Position numbers and translations under genes: made by a program. Below the pieces are notes generated by a model. That model saw only the letters and a list, made by a program, of their open reading frames with translations. It was not told the DNA's origin and did no database searches. 64,000 nt of DNA from Ylistrum balloti (Eukaryota), in NCBI RefSeq assembly GCF_031769215.1, contig NW_026781861.1, positions 62,001-126,000 of the forward strand, given 5' to 3'. This document shows, one piece after another, positions 57,901 through 64,000 of this stretch (within the stretch, counting starts at the first letter, position 1; the number at the start of each line of letters is the position of its first letter).

Positions 57901-60900
57901 CCATCCTTTGTTAAGTAATCGTCCAGCTGGAATTGAGCGGCCTGATCAGTACTGTACCTAAGGAGACCTACTCGGAACCTCCCATCGTTAATACTTAGTT
58001 GACCTGCCACCATTTTCGCATAATTACGAATCCATTCGAACTTTTCTGGTGTAACAGACGAATCCAAGACGATGACAAGATCGAACGCTCTTGGATCTGG
58101 GAGTTGAGTCACTACAACCACGAAAACATTTGGTATATTATAAAAATGGTAAATGCTTTGTCACAATCTGTAGAATATCAATAGATAATCCATATAGTTC
58201 AAAAAATAATTACCCTTAGTTGATTTTTTTAACGTATAAGTTGATCTAGTATTGAAGTTTGCATTTGTTACATAATACCATATTCCAGAGCATCTAATTT
58301 ATTAAGATATACTCAAAATAACTGATGTAATGTCGCTAATATCATCAACATAACAGTTCAAATTAAAATATAAATAATTACTTTATTAAATCGAAACCTG
58401 TAAGTTTAACGTTCAATACTTAACCGAATGGTGTTATATATTGTGTGATTTTTAAGCATTACCAACAAAAGTCATTTGTTTTGATGAAAAAAATGCAAGC
58501 GTCAAAAACAGGGATTTTGTTTACAGTATTTCCGTTCCAGGCACTTTCAGAATTAAAATTCACAGCCCCTCCCCCTTCCCACTCCACCCAAGAAAAAACA
58601 AAAACAAAAAATAAACCCTAAACAAAACAAATACAAAACATAACAAAAACAAATCCGATTTGTTATAATAATTAAGACTTCAAAGAACTATATAATAGAA
58701 TGGAAATGCATTTCCATAAAACATGCACGTGTTAATTGCATGTTTACCTCTTAGAGTAGTTGTCGGAGTATCAGTAGTTCTTGGCTCTTCTGTCGGTATA
58801 CGTCCTAACACATACAGACACAGACAGTGCAATAAAGTGTAATACATATTACAATGTGATACATAACAGTTTGTGATACACAATACACAGTGCTATATAT
58901 AATACAGGAAATACGTGATACATTGTGATATATAACAAAATAGTACAAAACAATGTGCAATACACGATACATACAGTGTTATACACCACACTGATTAATA
59001 CACAATATGGTGTTGAACAATAAGAAACATCATACAGTTTTAGAAGAGGTAACAGTTGAATACAATGTCGCATACATATATACCGAACATATTCCCCGGA
59101 ACAAAAATATACGCCCACATATATTTATATTTAGATTTTTATATGGGCTTCAGATCAATTGCTATTATGTGAACGAAAATTCCCAACATAGACATATACA
59201 TTCACAAACGAGTACTTAAACATACGGGGAAAAGAAAATGCGTAAACGAAAGTGATTTGTGCAGTGTAATATGTAAATTAGCGTAACAGTAGAGGAAATA
59301 CAGATTGATCAAGAACATTACATTGAATCCATATAAAGTGGTGCCTAATACGTGACAAAAGCAGTGCAATGTCTCAAGGTAGTAGTTCGCTATAGAAACG
59401 GATATGTATGAATATTATTTTCAAAGGAAGAAACATCCACCAGATTGTCTTTTATCATACTAATATTATCGTTCTGGTGTTTTGTATTTGTGTATATCAG
59501 TAATCTGAACATACCTGGACAGAGAGAAGAGAAGACCTGGTCACTGAGAGCATTCAACTCGTCAAATGTCTGCACGTTGAAGCTGTTTTCCGATGAGGGT
59601 TTGTTAGCGATACCGTCTAACTCCTTCGTGTCTTTCAGACCGATACCAATAGCATACACATGTATGTCTGCATCCCTGGCCCGGTCCGCTTCCGGAATGG
59701 TTCTCCGGGAGTTGATGTTGGATACACCGTCTGTTAAGATGATACAGATGTTGGGAACGTCAGCACGGTCTCCATCGGCAGCATTGAACATGTTCCTCAT
59801 TGTCAGCAGCGCATCAGCGGTGTTCGTACTTCCATAGATATAGGGAATTTCATCGATAGCCTGGTATATTTCAGCCTTTGTTGAATAGGAGTTCAAGTTA
59901 AACTGAATTTCTACCCCGGAACTGTAGATCAAGGCACCGACACGTACGTTTCCAGAGTCAATGTCGGCGTTCTTGAGGAAATCCTTACAGAAAGCCAGCA
60001 TTTTATCGTAGTTTTCCTGTCCTACACTGGTGGAGGCATCGATGATGATGACCAGATCGACTTTGGACAAGGCGCAGTCTACACAAAATAAAAAAAATAT
60101 TTGTAGTCCAAATTGGACTATTTCATAATTACTCATTGAAGAATTCATATGACGCTGGATTTACTTTAGTCGCATTAGATATAAGAATAAGTTATCATAC
60201 CCACGCAATAGGAAGCTTTAGTCGATCTAATGTTCGATATGAAATGAAAGCACTATTTAATCGAGAATTTAATTCCTGATATCAAGGTACTTAACCTCGA
60301 ATACACCATCAATGTGAAGTTAATCTTTGTTAATATTCCCTTAATAAATTACACGATCCCTTTTAAAAGTAATACTTCTTAGTTGCATTTTAGAATCCGT
60401 AAATATGGAGGATAAAAAAACAATAGAAATCGATGTGTGTTCGGTTGCTGGATAAAACCATCAACGAACGTGGATATATACAAGGAAATATCCAATCAAA
60501 AAAATGTTGTTCTCATTAAACAGATTTTAAATGCAATGCAAAAAAGTAAGATCATGTTTCAAAATGAGATCATGGTAAACTACGAAGGAAACATCAAGTA
60601 TACAGACGAACGTCAAACACGGTAAACATCTGTGGAACTAATAGTTATACTATCGACAGCAAAACTAATAGTTATGCTATCGAACATCAGACACTGTAAA
60701 CGACAGCAAAACTAATAGTTATATTAACGACCATCAGACACTGTAAACGACAGCAAAACCAATAGTTATACTAACGAACATCAGACACTGTAAACGACAG
60801 CAAAACCAATAGTTATACTAACGAACATCAGACACTGTAAACGACAGCAGAACCAATAGTTATACTAACGAACATCAGACACTGTAAACGACAGCAAAAC

Positions 60901-63694
60901 TAATAGTTATATTAACGAACATCAGACACTGTAAACGACAGGCAAACCAATAGTTATACTAATGAACATTAGACACTGTAAACGACAGCAAAACCAATAG
61001 TTATATTAACGAACATCAGACACTGTAAACGACAGCAGGACCATTAGGTATACTATCGAACATCAGACACGGTAAACGACAGCAGAACCAATAGTTATAC
61101 TAACGAACATACTAACGAACTGTACTCACGACCATCAGACACTGTAAACACGAAGAAACTATCAGATATACAAACGATGACCAGATACCGTAAACAATAG
61201 CGGAACCAACACGAGTTCGAAAAATATCCAGTGTCACACCGCAAAAGGAAACTGTGTTTCCCAATGTCATCATTATTTCCGTATCATCTGAATGAACGAT
61301 GATTCCCCCAATCAAACCAACTAATGTTACTTACCTGAAGGGGGAGGGAGCGTGATTGGTAATGGAGTGGTAGCTATAGAAACGAAAAAAAAAAGAACAC
61401 ATGTTCAACTTAAAGAGTGAATTATGTTGTTTGTATACATGATTAAATCGACTATTTTTGGTTCTTTACATTTACCCGGTAGTTAATATGTTATAACACA
61501 GTGTTTGGAATTAGACTGATATGCTAATTATGACATATATTTCTTCTATTACTCAAGTCGTATTAAAATACCTTTAAACCTTTCTCTCTGTACCGGACAC
61601 TATTTGTAGAGAACAGTGATCGAATTCTTTATTCACATGTGTCTTTTCTACAATCTTTATAAACACAAAATCTGAAGATGAAGAATGTTATATCTATATC
61701 TGATGAGACTCAATCGAGGTTTGCAGAGGTCAAAACCTCTTAGTTTGCTTGTTGTTTTTTTATCATGTATTTATTGCATTTGGAAACAACCTCCCCCCAG
61801 CCCATTCCACAAAAAGAAAACCAAAATGTTATTTAAGAATTATTCGAAACCCTTATCTTCAAACATTTCTGTTAAGGTATTGAAGACCTGATGACCGGTT
61901 CCTACTTACTTGGTGGCGGGTAGGGTCTACCACGGAACCCATCAGGTGGCTGTTCCGGTACTGTAAGAAAGGAACAAATTATATTGCAATTTCAAAAAAT
62001 AGTGGGAAATTAACATACTGATCATTATTTCATAGATAGTAAGTAAATTAAACTAATATATATATAACACAAAAACAAAAGATCATTCTTTAATAAATAG
62101 TTAGTAAAAGTTTATCAAGTAAAACAAACTAAAAACATGTATATATGTAACACAAAAACAACAGAAGAACTGATTAATCAAATTACCTACCTTCCTTACA
62201 TGTTATTTATCAATCATTCTTTCATGACATATTTTATTATCATTTTGATACTTTGATAATTTGCAGGTGACTGTTATGCACATTCAAATTTGCACTGATG
62301 ATTATCTATAACCATTTTCAAGTCTCCGATTTTTTAAAGCGAGATGGTATATGAAAAGTTGATGTTCACATAAATTTGCAAACCATATTGCCATTACAAT
62401 ACGTGATATTAAATGACATGTCAAGAAAAGGATCATAGGAAATATAGCTCACATGCTTCTAACATCGCTAACTCGTCGTCGATATCCTCCGGTCGGTCAG
62501 ATATAAGGAACAGACGTTGGTATTCCTCCAGTGGATGTGACGACACCTCGTCCAGTTCACTGTGGTCTCGGAGTCCGACTCCAACCGTGAATAAGTAATT
62601 ACCGTCATTTTCATTTTTCTCTGCAGCCCGGAATGCTTCGTACCTATCAGTGCTTTCGTCATTTCCGGTAATCAAGAGAATAAAGTTTCTCGCAAAATCT
62701 CTGTCGCCATTGTCAGGTCTGAACATCTCCGTTCTCACATAATCTAAAGCAGCCGCGGTGTTGGTCTCCCCTGGCTGATACTGGATATCGTCCATGGCAG
62801 CCACAACACCATCCTTTGTTAAGTAATCGTCCAGCTGGAATTGGGCGGCCTGATCAGTACTGTACCTAAGGAGACCTACTCGGAACCTCCCATCGTTAAT
62901 ACTTAGTTGACCTGCCACCATTTTCGCATAATTACGAATCCATTCGAACTTTTCTGGTGTAACAGACGAATCCAAGACGATGACAAGATCGAACGCTCTT
63001 GGATCTGGGAGTTGAGTCACTACAACCACGAAAACATTTGGTATATTATAATCTGTAGAATTTCAGTAGATAATTCATATAGTTAAAAGAATGATTAACC
63101 TTAGTTGATTTTTTTAACGTATAAGTTGATATAGTATTGAAGTTTGCATTTGTTACATAATACTATATTCCAGAGCATCTAATTTATTAAGATATACTCA
63201 AAATAACTGATGTAATGTCGCTAATATCATCAACATAACAGTTCAAATTAAAATATAAATAATTACTTTATTAAATCGAAACCTGTAAGTTTAACTTTCA
63301 ATACTTAACCGAATAGTTTTATATATTGTGTGATTTTTAAGCATTACCAACAAAAGTCATTGGTTTTGATAAAAAGAAAATGCAAGTGTCAATAAAACAG
63401 GGACTTTGTTTACGGTCTTACGGTTCCAGGCACTTTCAGAATTAAAATTCATCGCCCCTCCCCCTTCCCACTCCACCCAAGAAAAAACAAAAAACAAAAA
63501 ATAAACCCTAAACAAAACAAATACAAAACATAACAAAAACAAATCCGATTTGTTATGATAATTAAGACTTCAAAGAACTATATAATAGAATGGAAATGCA
63601 TTTCCATAAAACATGCACGTGTTAATTGCATGTTTACCTCTTAGAGTAGTTGTCGGAGTATCAGTAGTTCTTGGCTCTTCTGTCGGTATACGTC
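12..63694 (-). CDS. Partial multi-exon gene (34 exons in window, ~2716 aa) for a giant multi-VWA/EGF extracellular protein with mucin-like linkers (collagen-VI/matrilin-like architecture)
   Basis: Exons join in frame at AG acceptors and GT donors (one GC donor). There are 12 VWA domains (e.g. DLVIIIDASTSVG...GSTNTADAL...LTDG) and 2 six-Cys EGF exons. Neither start nor stop codon lies in the window. Confidence 0.92.
897..1084 (-). CDS. Exon: middle of VWA domain E (SKGAYDPNPAEALRKA...YVVFITKS...GVRVMGI)
   Basis: accag acceptor, gtacgt donor, 188 nt, phase 2-1. Frame matches both neighbours. Confidence 0.85.
1429..1507. repeat. 28-bp tandem repeat, ~3 copies
   Basis: caattccatgcccgttctttatgg(c/t)tat. 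Confidence 0.85.
2518..2785. repeat. 26-bp minisatellite, ~10 copies
   Basis: caggc(c/t)ggtcggtagtg(g/t)gtacggtt. Confidence 0.95.
2865..3620. repeat. ~20-bp C-rich degenerate minisatellite
   Basis: accatcaccaccccgacctt. Source of the spurious Pro/His/Thr ORFs. Confidence 0.95.
4059..4290 (-). CDS. Exon: N-terminal part of VWA domain E (CDAAADVVFVVDTSRYVSRKELRSVKRFL...)
   Basis: acacag acceptor, gtaatt donor, 232 nt, phase 1-2. Carries the VWA beta-A motif DVVFVVD. Confidence 0.88.
4600..4713 (-). CDS. Exon: EGF-like domain (DESYCDVNPCSNGGQCRENGNGFVCECVPGYTGDTCEK)
   Basis: Six-cysteine EGF spacing, ttccag acceptor, gtaggt donor, 114 nt, phase 1-1. Confidence 0.92.
5564..5931 (-). CDS. Exon: C-terminal part of VWA domain D (DTETIVRAIDAIHY...DRPDVRNIAYLLTDG...RPVFE)
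   Basis: taacag acceptor, donor AG/gcaagc (GC), 368 nt, phase 2-1. Confidence 0.85.
6283..6475 (-). CDS. Exon: N-terminal part of VWA domain D (CGQSADVVFMLDSSTSIGQSTF...)
   Basis: tttcag acceptor, gtaaac donor, 193 nt, phase 1-2, DxSxS motif. Not in the ORF track. Confidence 0.9.
7205..7360. repeat. ~20-bp degenerate tandem repeat
   Basis: cattatagttacacacgtga variants. Confidence 0.75.
8626..9720. repeat. 31-bp minisatellite, ~35 copies
   Basis: ggggctagtgacct(c/t/g)cccttctaggttttac. Confidence 0.97.
10248..13731 (-). mobile_element. Decayed DNA transposon with ~190-200 bp inverted ends and a DDE_Tnp_4 (PIF/Harbinger-ISL2EU-like) transposase
   Basis: 10248-10449 (cagcttaattacgtggagtcagaatctcg...) is the near-perfect reverse complement of 13541-13731. 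The interior holds transposase remnants. Confidence 0.8.
10590..12560 (-). pseudogene. Disrupted transposase: DDE_Tnp_4-like core plus C-terminal SWIM zinc finger
   Basis: Fragments ILDRTYIYLNK...FQRASY, NNDASI, MIVDRGFRD, TKVRWVVESYHGRLKKW, then YYCVCPAGKRTSGMCAHVAS (CxC...CxH). Several stops and frameshifts lie between them. Confidence 0.8.
14409..14522 (-). CDS. Exon: EGF-like domain (DINLCMENPCHNGGFCIDGLRSYMCVCTEGFYGDNCQN)
   Basis: Six-cysteine EGF spacing, tggcag acceptor, gtaagt donor, 114 nt, phase 1-1. Confidence 0.92.
14565..15130. repeat. ~19-23 bp minisatellite continuous with an exon donor site
   Basis: Minus-strand unit ATT(A/G)TGTACAGGTACATAC. Confidence 0.93.
15122..15370 (-). 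CDS. Exon: C-terminal half of VWA domain C (DVPNVIVIITDGESNIN...ITPLCT)
   Basis: tggtag acceptor, gtacat donor, 249 nt, phase 1-1. Confidence 0.9.
15904..16221 (-). CDS. Exon: N-terminal half of VWA domain C (CTSTADVVFILDTSGSVGRDNF...GRTNTADAF...GDRL)
   Basis: atatag acceptor, gtatgt donor, 318 nt, phase 1-1, intact DxSxS. Confidence 0.9.
17530..17772. repeat. Low-complexity aaagttgtaca tandem repeat
   Basis: Direct inspection. Confidence 0.9.
17832..17906 (-). CDS. Linker exon (MPDKPPKARRRPRPPPTTPRPRPEG)
   Basis: ttacag acceptor after a T-rich tract, gtaagt donor, 75 nt, phase 1-1. Confidence 0.82.
18480..18830 (+). mobile_element. Decayed pearl/CvA-like (Helentron-associated) non-autonomous element
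   Basis: aggtcaa/gtgacct core, degenerate (ACGG)n tract near 18745-18780 and a short GC-rich end. Family assignment is from recalled bivalve repeat structure, not a search. Confidence 0.4.
21115..21290. mobile_element. MITE family member, inverted copy
   Basis: The reverse complement aligns by eye to 25968-26130. Confidence 0.6.
23115..25245 (+). mobile_element. Possible extent of the MULE element
   Basis: Weak inverted similarity between atcctgactttcctaaaact (23121) and gttttgggacaatcaggaat (25221) flanking the transposase remnant. Ends are uncertain. Confidence 0.4.
23650..24850 (+). pseudogene. Disrupted Mutator-like (MULE) transposase with N-terminal FLYWCH-type zinc finger
   Basis: TY*RCCIRTCPATINT...HQHNH (FLYWCH-like), YCDGTFYTCPRFFTQLYTIH, YPLVFALLP, GCFFHF, RTTNSLDGWHSKL, HPNIYLFV. 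Stops and frameshifts are present. Confidence 0.85.
25335..25545 (-). repeat. Dispersed ~200 bp repeat, also at 32145-32340 (+), with partial copies at 29650-29750 and near 16370-16430
   Basis: Shared aaactagggcaaat..gaacaaaagaaagatt and catcgacgaca..c.ccatgtaaatcttggtca.tccaagtaagtaat..cacgttctc. Confidence 0.75.
25968..26130. mobile_element. Short MITE family member (TACAGTCGAA(C)CTCGTTATCTCGAA-type end)
   Basis: Homologous to 21115-21290 (inverted) and 32850-33030. Repeated ctcgttatctcgaa / ttcgagataac motifs. Confidence 0.65.
26874..27221. mobile_element. MITE-like element with ~60 bp imperfect TIRs
   Basis: catcctcgatact...ctgcacccctggaacatg at the left end is mirrored at 27155-27221. 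Flanks aaccaacaa / aaccaaaga match at 7 of 9 positions. Confidence 0.6.
27478..27775. repeat. ~62-bp tandem repeat, ~5 copies
   Basis: gaccgtgtagtcat.gaaacgtcacactctaatcttctactgg.tgtgtt.taagatgaa. Confidence 0.9.
27837..28514 (-). CDS. Exon: (PTTPR/K)x8 mucin-like repeat plus type-B VWA domain (AFDLVVVMDSSVRPEVF...)
   Basis: ttacag acceptor, gtaagt donor, 678 nt, phase 1-1. Paralog of the type-B exons at 52628/57545/62453. Confidence 0.92.
29438..29642. repeat. ~34-bp tandem repeat, ~6 copies
   Basis: aaaaacgtgtacataagat(a/c)tattcacgtcatca. Confidence 0.9.
31548..31616 (-). CDS. Linker exon (GTPVPTERPTDASITRRPNEESR)
   Basis: ttgaag acceptor, gtatcc donor, 69 nt, phase 1-1. Resembles the GRIPTEEP linker exons. 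Confidence 0.75.
32550..32690 (-). CDS. Linker exon (ARPRYPPTRPSKYPMSTRRPHYPTRRPTLPSERSTARPSVSSTDGDR)
   Basis: aaacag acceptor, gtacca donor, 141 nt, phase 1-1. GC-richer island within AT-rich intron. Confidence 0.75.
32850..33030. mobile_element. MITE family member with both inverted ends
   Basis: Starts ccgaacctcgttatctcgaa and ends ttcgagataccgaggtccga. The interior resembles 25968-26130. Confidence 0.65.
34214..34300 (-). CDS. Linker exon (AKATTPTPTTPKPTTPQPTAAPTRAPTTT)
   Basis: gttcag acceptor, gtatat donor, 87 nt, phase 1-1. Confidence 0.82.
36664..37233 (-). CDS. Exon: type-A VWA domain (GCGLARVDIVFVIDSSTSVG...SLCP)
   Basis: attcag acceptor, gttagt donor, 570 nt, phase 1-1, intact MIDAS, terminal cysteines. 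Confidence 0.93.
37542..37574 (-). CDS. Linker mini-exon (EPPIPTPTPTA)
   Basis: gtaagt donor. The only usable AG is in gtaccag, giving 33 nt, phase 1-1. The start may extend to 37580 (see findings). Confidence 0.6.
39526..39645 (-). CDS. Thr-rich linker exon (VSTRVRTTTATTTTTTTATMTTTTSPSTTTTIGTSTAIET)
   Basis: taatag acceptor, gtaacg donor, 120 nt, phase 1-1. Confidence 0.8.
39714..39930. repeat. Compound (CA)n/(GA)n microsatellite
   Basis: Direct inspection. Confidence 0.97.
40345..40920 (-). CDS. Exon: type-A VWA domain (APSSCGLSDVDLVFLVDSSTSVG...SICP)
   Basis: tttcag acceptor, gtattt donor, 576 nt, phase 1-1, intact MIDAS. Confidence 0.93.
42706..43182. repeat. 40-42 bp minisatellite, ~12 copies
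   Basis: gaaactgtcgtccgtttctctc(tt)ttgatatttgtgtacaga. Confidence 0.95.
43465..44125. repeat. ~68-bp tandem repeat interrupted by the SINE
   Basis: atcaagatggacaggaccacatcagtatgtctgtctgtattacagtgttacctgaaatggctgtgtgtt. Confidence 0.88.
43737..43983 (-). mobile_element. tRNA-derived SINE (V-SINE-like central motif)
   Basis: Minus strand has A-box TGGCGCAGTGG, B-box GGTTCGATTCC, central GGGTTTTCCCCGGGTTCTCCGGTTTCCTCCCACA and an A/T-rich tail. Candidate 11-bp TSD TATG(C/T)CTGTCT at 43726 and 43984. Confidence 0.85.
46219..46260 (-). CDS. Linker mini-exon (VSTPVPSTLPPPTQ)
   Basis: cctttcag acceptor, gtaaga donor, 42 nt, phase 1-1. Paralog of the TTTPLPITLPPPS exons. Confidence 0.8.
47432..48182. 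repeat. 102-bp tandem repeat made of two ~51-bp halves, ~7 copies
   Basis: 34-aa period in the read-through ORF 47505-47903. Both halves begin (c/g)tgtac(a/g)at. Confidence 0.9.
49988..50035 (-). CDS. Linker mini-exon (GARGTEPPTTGPSREQ)
   Basis: tgatag acceptor, gtaagc donor, 48 nt, phase 1-1. Confidence 0.75.
50395..50958 (-). CDS. Exon: type-A VWA domain (CGLSKVDLIIILDSSTSVG...AFCP)
   Basis: ttacag acceptor, gtaggt donor, 564 nt, phase 1-1. Diverged paralog of 54588/59515. Confidence 0.93.
51506..51526 (-). pseudogene. Candidate dead linker mini-exon (STVPPKS) with the acceptor reading CAT instead of CAG
   Basis: Strong gtaaga donor, pyrimidine tract cccttattctgtttcat, 21 nt, phase 1-1. 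It sits at the position of the TTTPLPITLPPPS exon in the repeat unit. Confidence 0.5.
52185..52235 (-). CDS. Linker mini-exon (LPELPTPGFRPRPYSPA)
   Basis: tgatag acceptor, gtaagt donor, 51 nt, phase 1-1. Diverged paralog of LPEQPPDGFRGRPYPPP. Confidence 0.85.
52628..53194 (-). CDS. Exon: type-B VWA domain, duplicate copy 1 (VTQLPDPRAFDLVIVLDSSVTPEKF...AMLEA)
   Basis: ttgtag acceptor, gtaagt donor, 567 nt, phase 1-1. Confidence 0.92.
53830..53886 (-). CDS. Linker mini-exon (GRIPTEEPRTTDTPTTTLR), copy 1
   Basis: tgttag acceptor, gtaaac donor, 57 nt, phase 1-1. Confidence 0.85.
54588..55151 (-). CDS. Exon: type-A VWA domain, duplicate copy 1 (DCALSKVDLVIIIDASTSVG...SLCP)
   Basis: tgtgtag acceptor, gtatgt donor, 564 nt, phase 1-1, intact MIDAS. 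Confidence 0.93.
55795..56245. repeat. 47-bp minisatellite inside duplicated intron, copy 1
   Basis: aaaaccaatagttatactaacgaacatcagacactgtaaacgacagc. Confidence 0.93.
56429..56467 (-). CDS. Linker mini-exon (TTTPLPITLPPPS), copy 1
   Basis: ctatag acceptor, gtaagt donor, 39 nt, phase 1-1. Confidence 0.82.
57002..57052 (-). CDS. Linker mini-exon (LPEQPPDGFRGRPYPPP), copy 1
   Basis: ttacag acceptor, gtaagt donor, 51 nt, phase 1-1. Confidence 0.85.
57545..58111 (-). CDS. Exon: type-B VWA domain, copy 2
   Basis: ttgtag acceptor, gtgagc donor, 567 nt. Protein identical to copy 1. Confidence 0.92.
58748..58804 (-). CDS. Linker mini-exon (GRIPTEEPRTTDTPTTTLR), copy 2
   Basis: Identical to 53830-53886 with the same splice sites. 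Confidence 0.85.
59515..60078 (-). CDS. Exon: type-A VWA domain, copy 2
   Basis: Protein identical to 54588-55151, same splice sites, 564 nt. Confidence 0.92.
60630..61150. repeat. 47-bp minisatellite inside duplicated intron, copy 2 (longer)
   Basis: Same unit as 55795-56245 with different length and variant order. Confidence 0.93.
61335..61373 (-). CDS. Linker mini-exon (TTTPLPITLPPPS), copy 2
   Basis: Identical to 56429-56467. Confidence 0.82.
61910..61960 (-). CDS. Linker mini-exon (LPEQPPDGFRGRPYPPP), copy 2
   Basis: Identical to 57002-57052. Confidence 0.85.
62453..63019 (-). CDS. Exon: type-B VWA domain, copy 3
   Basis: 567 nt, same splice sites as copy 2. Protein identical, with silent differences near 62577 and 62844. 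Confidence 0.92.
63638..63694 (-). CDS. Linker mini-exon (GRIPTEEPRTTDTPTTTLR), copy 3
   Basis: Identical to the other two copies. The gene continues beyond the window. Confidence 0.85.
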
Positions 63695-64000
63695 CTAACA
63701 CATACAGACACAGACAGTGCAATAAAGTGTAATACATATTACAATGTGATACATAACAGTTTGTAATACACAATACACAGTGCTATATATAATACAGGAA
63801 ATACGTGATACATTGTAATATATAACAAAATAGTACAAAACAATGTGCAATACACGATACATACAGTGTTATACACCACACTGATTAATACACAATATGG
63901 TGTTGAACAATAAGAAACATCATACAGTTTTAGAAGAGGTAACAGTTGAATACAATGTCGCATACATATATACCGAACATATTCCCCGGAACAAAAACAT

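Larger units (their letters stand above)
52626..64000. repeat. Intragenic tandem segmental duplication, period ~4.9 kb, at least 2.3 copies
   Basis: The type-B exon starts at 53194, 58111 and 63019 (steps of 4917 and 4908 bp). Introns are also nearly identical, with copy-specific indels. Confidence 0.95.

Noticed and set aside
12-63694. Assigning a collagen VI or matrilin gene symbol
   Set aside because: No collagen helix or coiled coil is in the window, and orthology cannot be shown from VWA similarity alone.

Overview
This is AT-rich eukaryotic genomic DNA, probably from an invertebrate. The repeat content suggests a bivalve mollusc, which is an inference. The whole window lies inside one very large minus-strand gene that starts beyond 64000 and continues past position 1. 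I traced 34 coding exons by hand (8148 nt, about 2716 codons, open throughout). They encode 12 von Willebrand factor A (VWA) domains, 2 EGF domains and many Thr/Pro/Arg-rich linker mini-exons, the kind of protein usually auto-annotated collagen-VI-like or matrilin-like. No Gly-X-Y helix is present here. 31 of 33 introns are phase 1. The right 11.4 kb is a recent intragenic tandem duplication of about 4.9 kb (426 codons per unit) with identical protein copies. Metal-site (MIDAS)-intact and MIDAS-degenerate VWA domains alternate, and one strongly basic VWA lies toward the C-terminus. There are two apparently mutated splice acceptors, one GC-AG intron and a minisatellite built from a splice donor. 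Introns carry a decayed DDE_Tnp_4+SWIM transposon with ~200 bp TIRs, a decayed FLYWCH-MULE transposon, a tRNA-derived SINE, several MITE-like elements and many minisatellites. All coordinates were counted by hand.
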